Of a DNA stretch of 64,000 nucleotides, positions 58,938 to 64,000 are shown piece by piece. A program made the position numbers and the translations under genes. Within the stretch, counting starts at the first letter, position 1, and each line of letters starts with the position of its first letter. The stretch lies in NCBI GenBank assembly GCA_965262555.1, contig OZ253543.1:1546970-1610969 (forward strand), read 5' to 3'. The DNA is from Vicinamibacterales bacterium. Lineage in GTDB: Bacteria > Acidobacteriota > Vicinamibacteria > Vicinamibacterales > UBA8438. Below the pieces are notes generated by a model. It made no database searches. It had not been told where the DNA came from and saw nothing but the letters and a program-made list of their open reading frames with translations.

Positions 58938-60764
58938 TTACGGCGCAATCAGGTGCGGGACGGTGATCGTCAAGGTGCCAGACGTGCCGGGGAGCGTGTT
59001 GACGGTGTCGACGACGATCAGGAGGCCATCGATCGTCGTAAGGTCCGGTTGAGCCGGCAGCTCCGGGGTGACCGGCGCCAGTTGGTCAAGCGGGATCCGC
59101 ACGGCGCGCCGTTGCGGGCCGGCATAGAACGAACGGCGCCACCGTTCGCCCTCACCGCCGGGCTGGCCGTTACGCCGCGCCTGGAGGGAGACGCGCATCG
59201 GGCGCGACGCCTCGACGTCGAAGCGAACCGCGGTCGCGCCCCCCAGACCGTCCGGTCCGAGGGTTTGCGCGGCAGCGGCGTACGTGTCCGCCCCGGCGCC
59301 CAGCTCGAAGGCCAGCCGGACCTCGGCGCCGGCCGGGTCTGTCTCCACCGCCACCAGATCCGCGGTGAGCGACACCTCCGCGCCCCGCTGCTCCACCCGC
59401 CATTCGCCGGTCAGCGGCCGCCCCGGGGCCGGTTCGGCAGCGGACTCCCCCGCCGGCGCGGTCGCGTTCGGCGCGCTCCCCCCGACGTAGATGGGATTGC
59501 CGACGATCCATGGCACCGGCGGCGTGCCCGGCGCGTTCGGCAGATAGACCTCAACGCGGTACGCCATCCACTCGTCGGAGGCGACCGGCGTCTCGTAGGT
59601 GAGCACCGGCCCCGGCTCTCCCGCTACGACCGGTTCCCCGTTGCGGCGCAATGTGAACGTTGCAGTGGATGGGCCGGCGATCCGGGCCGCAAGCGTGACC
59701 GGCGCATCGCCCGCCGTCCACTGCCCCATCCTGATCACCTGCCCGACGGTCGTTCGGCCCGTCCAGGCGAAGCGGGCAGGCGCCGCGAGCGCCTCGATCG
59801 ACGTGTAGACACGTCCCGCGCGCAGTTGCCCCAGCAGCGCCGCGGCATCCACCGAGGCGCGCCCCGTCAGTGGCCGGTCCAGCTCGACCTGCAGGGAGCT
59901 CGCACGGAACACCGCCTCGTAGGCCGGCAACAATAGGGCTCGGCCGATCTGCGAGTCGAGCGCGTCCGGCGACTCCCCTGCCCGGCCGTCTCCCTCGCCG
60001 TCGTCCGGTTCGGCCGCGAGACGGGCGTGAGCATCGCCGGCGCCAAGACCGACCACGCGGCGCGCCAACGCCAGTTCGTCCCACAAGCCGAGCGCCGGGT
60101 CGGGACGCGCGAGCATCGATACAAGGCTCTCGGCCGGCCGAATCCAGTAGCTGACGATGACCCGCGCCAGCGATGCCCAGCTCTCGTCACGCCACGCGGT
60201 GTCGCCGTTCAGCCATTCGACCGCGTCGACCGGCAACGACCGGTCGGCCCAGGCGAGGCCCGGCTTCGGCGACGTCGGGTGCGCCGCGATGCCGAAGCCG
60301 CCAAGGCGGCGGACATCCTCGACGACTCCGAGCGCGTCGCCACCGAGCGGATACGGCGCCGCGTCGAGGCCGATCGCTGCGTAATGGCCGCCGTCGGTGC
60401 TGATCTCGACACCATCGATCATCAGGACGCCACCGTGATACGCCGGAGGCACGATGCCGGTCGCGTCGCCATGATCGGTCAGGATGACGAAATCGAGGCC
60501 GGCCACCGCGGCGGCCGCCGCGATCTCCGGTACGGTGCCGCTCCCGTCCGACCGGCGACTGTGCACGTGATAGGCGCCGCGTGCGGTCGGATAGAAGCCG
60601 TCCGGGGCTATGCCGTCCGCGGCGCCAGGTTCCACGCCTGGGTCCGGCGGCGTGTCGACGACACGCGCCGCGGGCGGGAGCAGCAGACTGACGGCGAGAC
60701 CGGCGCCCGCGGCAAGCGCGAGTATCGTGACGAGGGGCCGGATCCGCCGTGCGCGCCGCTCCAT
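58938..60764 (-). CDS. Membrane-anchored/exported PHP-domain metallohydrolase (CehA/McbA-like) with a large C-terminal beta-rich region
   Basis: 608 aa with an N-terminal hydrophobic anchor and PHP motifs YHVHSRRSDGSG and DFVILTDHGD. The C-terminal ~350 aa is uncharacterised. Confidence 0.7.
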   Translation of the reverse strand: MERRARRIRPLVTILALAAGAGLAVSLLLPPAARVVDTPPDPGVEPGAADGIAPDGFYPTARGAYHVHSRRSDGSGTVPEIAAAAAVAGLDFVILTDHGDATGIVPPAYHGGVLMIDGVEISTDGGHYAAIGLDAAPYPLGGDALGVVEDVRRLGGFGIAAHPTSPKPGLAWADRSLPVDAVEWLNGDTAWRDESWASLARVIVSYWIRPAESLVSMLARPDPALGLWDELALARRVVGLGAGDAHARLAAEPDDGEGDGRAGESPDALDSQIGRALLLPAYEAVFRASSLQVELDRPLTGRASVDAAALLGQLRAGRVYTSIEALAAPARFAWTGRTTVGQVIRMGQWTAGDAPVTLAARIAGPSTATFTLRRNGEPVVAGEPGPVLTYETPVASDEWMAYRVEVYLPNAPGTPPVPWIVGNPIYVGGSAPNATAPAGESAAEPAPGRPLTGEWRVEQRGAEVSLTADLVAVETDPAGAEVRLAFELGAGADTYAAAAQTLGPDGLGGATAVRFDVEASRPMRVSLQARRNGQPGGEGERWRRSFYAGPQRRAVRIPLDQLAPVTPELPAQPDLTTIDGLLIVVDTVNTLPGTSGTLTITVPHLIAP

Positions 60765-60810
60765 TGATCGGGACTCCCGATCGTCCTATCGGCGCCGGAG
60801 CGCCGGCGAT

Positions 60811-61998
60811 TCAGGACGAGACCGCCGCTGCCTCGCGTTCCGGCACGCCGGTGTCGGCCCGGAGCGCGTCGGCCCGGTCGGTCCGCTCCCAGGTGAACTC
60901 CGCTTCCTCCCGGCCGAAGTGGCCGAACCTGGCGGTCTGCCGGTAGATGGGCCGGCGCAGGTCGAGCGTCTCGATGATCTCCCGAGGTTTCAGCGCAAAG
61001 TGGGCCTGGACCAGCTCGCCCAGTTCCCGGTCGGTCAGGCCGGTCGTGCCGGTGCCGAATGTGTCAACCAGCACCGACATCGGGTCCGCAATGCCGATGG
61101 CGTACGCCAGTTGCACCTGCACGCGGTCGGCAAGGCCGGCCGCGACGCAGTTCTTTGCGATATAGCGCGCCATATAGGCGGCGGAACGGTCCACCTTCGT
61201 CGGATCCTTGCCGGAGAAGGCGCCGCCGCCGTGCGGCGCCATGCCGCCGTAGGTGTCGACGATGATCTTCCGGCCGGTCAGGCCACAGTCGCCAGCCGGC
61301 CCACCGGTGACGAACCGCCCGGTCGGGTTGATATGGACAACCGTCTCGTCATCCACCAGTTCCGGCGGGAGCGTCGGCCGAATCACGCCGCGCTCGATGT
61401 CCGCCCGGACAGCCTCGATCGGCACCGACTCGGCATGCTGGCTCGAAACCACGACCTTGTCGATGCGCTTCGGCTCGTCGTTCTCGTACTCCACCGTCAC
61501 CTGCGACTTGCCGTCGGGCCGGAGGTAGTCGATCAGGCCACTCCGCCGCGCCGTCGAGAGCGCACGGACCAGGCGGTGCGCCAGCATGATCGGCATCGGC
61601 ATCAGTTCCTGCGTGCCGGTGCAGGCGTAGCCGAACATCAGCCCCTGATCACCTGCGCCCCCAGGGTCCACCCCCATGGCAATGTCACCCGACTGCGCGT
61701 GCAGCTTTACCTGCACGTCGCAGCGGTTGGCGTCGAAGCCGAACGCCTGATCGGTGTAGCCGACATCGCGCACCGCCTCTCGCGCCACCTCCGCGTAGTC
61801 CACCCGTGCGTCGGTGGTGATCTCTCCCGCCAGGACGATCAGGTTGGTGGTCAGGAGCGACTCGCAGGCGACCCGGCCGTTCGGATCCTGTGCGAGGACC
61901 GCGTCGAGCACTCCGTCCGACACCTGATCGGCGATTTTGTCCGGGTGGCCCTCCGTGACCGACTCCGACGTAAAGAGGTAACGGCCTGTTCGGCGCAT
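60811..61998 (-). CDS. metK: S-adenosylmethionine synthetase
   Basis: 395 aa with [32 protein letters not shown] and [16 protein letters not shown]. Confidence 0.97.
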   Translation of the reverse strand: MRRTGRYLFTSESVTEGHPDKIADQVSDGVLDAVLAQDPNGRVACESLLTTNLIVLAGEITTDARVDYAEVAREAVRDVGYTDQAFGFDANRCDVQVKLHAQSGDIAMGVDPGGAGDQGLMFGYACTGTQELMPMPIMLAHRLVRALSTARRSGLIDYLRPDGKSQVTVEYENDEPKRIDKVVVSSQHAESVPIEAVRADIERGVIRPTLPPELVDDETVVHINPTGRFVTGGPAGDCGLTGRKIIVDTYGGMAPHGGGAFSGKDPTKVDRSAAYMARYIAKNCVAAGLADRVQVQLAYAIGIADPMSVLVDTFGTGTTGLTDRELGELVQAHFALKPREIIETLDLRRPIYRQTARFGHFGREEAEFTWERTDRADALRADTGVPEREAAAVSS

Positions 61999-62062
61999 GG
62001 GCTGTGGTTCTCCTTGACTGCTGCGGGCGCGCCTTGATGCGGCGCAACGACTGTAACCCCTT

Positions 62063-62091
62063 AGGGTACAGCCAATTGGCTACCTTGTCAA
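62063..62091 (-). promoter_or_regulatory. Sigma-70-like promoter candidate for metK (TTGACA-N17-TACCCT on the minus strand)
   Basis: The reverse complement of 62086-62091 is TTGACA and that of 62063-62068 is TACCCT. It abuts the xerD stop and leaves a ~55-nt leader with a GCGCC-N7-GGCGC hairpin (62029-62045) and an AAGGAG SD. Confidence 0.4.
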
Positions 62092-63015
62092 TCACGACCG
62101 CGGATGGTACGTGTCATAGACCGCCTTCAGCCGCGCGTCCAGGATGTGCGTATAGATCTGGGTTGTCGAGAGGTCCGCATGCCCAAGCAGCGTCTGAATG
62201 GAACGCAGGTCCGCCCCCCGCTCCAGCAGGTGCGTCGCGAACGAGTGCCGCAGCACATGCGGGCTCAGGTCGCGCGACAGTCCTGCCTGACGGCCGTACT
62301 GCTTCAGCTTCTTCCAGAACCCGACCCGGGTCAGCTTGCCGCCCCCGCGCGCGTTGACGAAAAGCCAGGGCGACGTCCTGCCCTTCAGGAGTATGGGCTG
62401 GCCTTCCCGCTGATAGCGCGCCAACCATTCGATCGCGGGCTTCCCCATCGGCACCAGCCGCTCCTTGTTGCCCTTGCCGATGCAGGTGAGATATCCCTGC
62501 GTCAGGTTCAGGTCGCCCGGCTGGAGCGAGAGCAGTTCGGACACGCGCAGGCCGGTGGCGTACAGCAGCTCGATTAACGCCCGGTCGCGGAGGCCGGCTG
62601 GCGTCGTCGGGTCGGGCTGGGCGAGCAGGTCATCGATCGCCTCGGCTGGCAGCACCAACGGCAGTGCCGGCCATGCCCGCGGCGCCCGCAGGTCCTCCGC
62701 CGGGTTGTCAACCAGCCTGTCGTCCGCCACGAGGAACCGGTAGAAGCTTCGGACGCTGGCGACCGACCGCCCCACCGATCGGGGCGCGAGGCCGGACGAC
62801 ACCCGGTAGCGGACGAACGCCTCAAGATCCTGCCGGGCGAGTTGCGCGATCTCCTTCCGCCGGCTCTCCGCATAGACGGCGAGTGCCTCGAGGTCACGGC
62901 GGTACGCCGCGAGCGTGTGGCGCGACAGGCGCCGCACTCCCTTCAGTTCGTCGATCCAGGCGTCGATCAACTCGCGGTTTCGGTCCCTGCGAGACCTGCG
63001 TTGTATACTGGACAC
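62092..63015 (-). CDS. xerD: Site-specific tyrosine recombinase XerD (a XerC/XerD-family member; the paralog assignment is tentative)
   Basis: 307 aa with a GTG start. It has an N-terminal SAM-like domain and the catalytic region ...HVLRHSFATHLLERGADLRSIQTLLGHADLSTTQIYTH. Confidence 0.85.
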   Translation of the reverse strand: MSSIQRRSRRDRNRELIDAWIDELKGVRRLSRHTLAAYRRDLEALAVYAESRRKEIAQLARQDLEAFVRYRVSSGLAPRSVGRSVASVRSFYRFLVADDRLVDNPAEDLRAPRAWPALPLVLPAEAIDDLLAQPDPTTPAGLRDRALIELLYATGLRVSELLSLQPGDLNLTQGYLTCIGKGNKERLVPMGKPAIEWLARYQREGQPILLKGRTSPWLFVNARGGGKLTRVGFWKKLKQYGRQAGLSRDLSPHVLRHSFATHLLERGADLRSIQTLLGHADLSTTQIYTHILDARLKAVYDTYHPRS

Positions 63016-63055
63016 TGACTACCCGGTTCGCGTCACTCTACAAGGGTTCAGTCAG

Positions 63056-64000
63056 ATGCCTCAACACGTCATGCGGGTTGTCGTGCTCGGGGTTGCCCTC
63101 GCGCTGCCATTGGGCGGCTGTGCAGCGCGGAACCCGCCGGCCACGCCGGTCGCCACCGCCGAGGCAGCCGACTTCCCAACCCAGTTGGCAGAGTACGTTC
63201 GCGCCCAGACAGCGCTGGCGGCGGATGACTTCGACACCGCTCGGAGCGCACTCGCGGGTCTCGTTGCGATGGCCGACCCGACGGTCCGGCCGCTGGCGGA
63301 AGTGGCGGCGGGCGCGGACGACATCGAGTCGATGCGGGCCGACTTCAAGCCGCTGTCGGAGTTCCTGACCGGGATGGAGTTGCCGGCGGGCTACGCGCGC
63401 GCCTTTTGCCCGATGTTCGACGGTGGGTCGAATTGGGTGCAGATCGACGGGCCGGTCCGCAACCCGTACTACGGCTCCCGGATGCTGACCTGCGGCGTGG
63501 TCGATGCCGCGCCCGGCGCGCACATGGACCACACCCCGCGGCAGGGGGGCCGGGTCTTCATGGCGCCCGACAGCTTCCACCATATCGAGGGAGCGTATCC
63601 GGAACCTGGTGTCTTCCGGCTCTATGCAACCGACAACTACCGCGAACCGGTCGACGTTACCTTCTGGATGGGGCGCGTCGTGCTGGAGGAAGAGTACGAC
63701 GCGGAGAGCGACGAGTTTGTCGAGGTCCGCGCCGCGGTCCTGCTGCCGTCGCCCGACGGCGCCTATCTCGAGGCAGAGGTAGGCGATCTGGCCTTTCCCG
63801 CCGACGTGATCGCGAAGATCCAGGTCGCCGAGGACTTCCCGGAAGACCGGTTTGACTTCATCTTCCCCGAGTTTTCATCGACCGGGTCGGACCTGGTCGA
63901 CACCTCGCCGGCGGCGGTCGTACCCGAGACGCTGCCGCTCGCCGAGCGCATTCGCCCGCGGATCCCGGAATTAGCCAGCGACATCGTGCAGGGCATCAGC
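63056..64000 (+). CDS. Lipoprotein with a DUF3347-like (putative metal-binding) region; the 3' end lies outside the window
   Basis: I translated this by hand: ATG 63056 is open to base 64000 (315 codons). It has the lipobox LPLGGC, then ...LSEFLTGMELPAGYARAFCPMFDGGSNWVQ, which resembles the DUF3347 C-P-M...W-Q block, followed by a His-rich stretch (HMDHTPRQGG...DSFHHIEG). It is not in the supplied ORF track because no stop is reached. Confidence 0.6.
   Translation, partial: MPQHVMRVVVLGVALALPLGGCAARNPPATPVATAEAADFPTQLAEYVRAQTALAADDFDTARSALAGLVAMADPTVRPLAEVAAGADDIESMRADFKPLSEFLTGMELPAGYARAFCPMFDGGSNWVQIDGPVRNPYYGSRMLTCGVVDAAPGAHMDHTPRQGGRVFMAPDSFHHIEGAYPEPGVFRLYATDNYREPVDVTFWMGRVVLEEEYDAESDEFVEVRAAVLLPSPDGAYLEAEVGDLAFPADVIAKIQVAEDFPEDRFDFIFPEFSSTGSDLVDTSPAAVVPETLPLAERIRPRIPELASDIVQGIS

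Overview
This is a high-GC (roughly 68-70% by eye) chromosomal segment from a diderm bacterium. It carries Tol-Pal, Lpt, a BamB-like propeller and sigma-54. The phylum cannot be assigned without a database search. About 55 protein genes and 2 tRNAs are tightly packed, with many ATGA/GTGA start-stop overlaps. Nearly all are core housekeeping genes:
- rho, clpB with a cbpA-like J-protein, hemH, apt, lgt
- aguB, aguA and a deoxyhypusine-synthase-like gene, mutS, tsaB, psd-pssA, guaA, dnaE, recJ
- lptB-rpoN, ssb, tolQ/tolR/tolA-like/tolB/pal/ybgF, recN, miaB, parAB, lptFG, metK, xerD

I see no rRNA, no CRISPR array and no intact transposase.

The only clearly accessory stretch is about 2.3 kb directly 3' of tRNA-Arg(CCT), at 13.5-15.9 kb. 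It looks like the wreck of an integrative/conjugative element:
- an N-terminal fragment of a coupling-protein-like ATPase
- an internal fragment of a P4-type integrase
- an intact higBA pair
- the N-terminal 213 codons of an MmeI-type restriction-modification enzyme

I do not see an intact, obviously novel multi-gene system. The most unusual observations, all of which need searches or experiments, are:
- a 159-bp MITE-like hairpin element inserted in a CTAG that is the lgt stop codon
- an LPS-transport machinery with fused parts: a single-ORF LptF-LptG, and a 703-aa membrane-anchored LptC/LptA-like multi-domain protein upstream of lptB
- a beta-propeller lipoprotein translationally coupled to a ~1300-aa orphan NtrY-type histidine kinase
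- an N-domain-less ClpB coupled to a zinc-finger-less J-protein
- a frameshifted Na+-symporter gene

The many long ORFs antisense to real genes are treated as high-GC artefacts.
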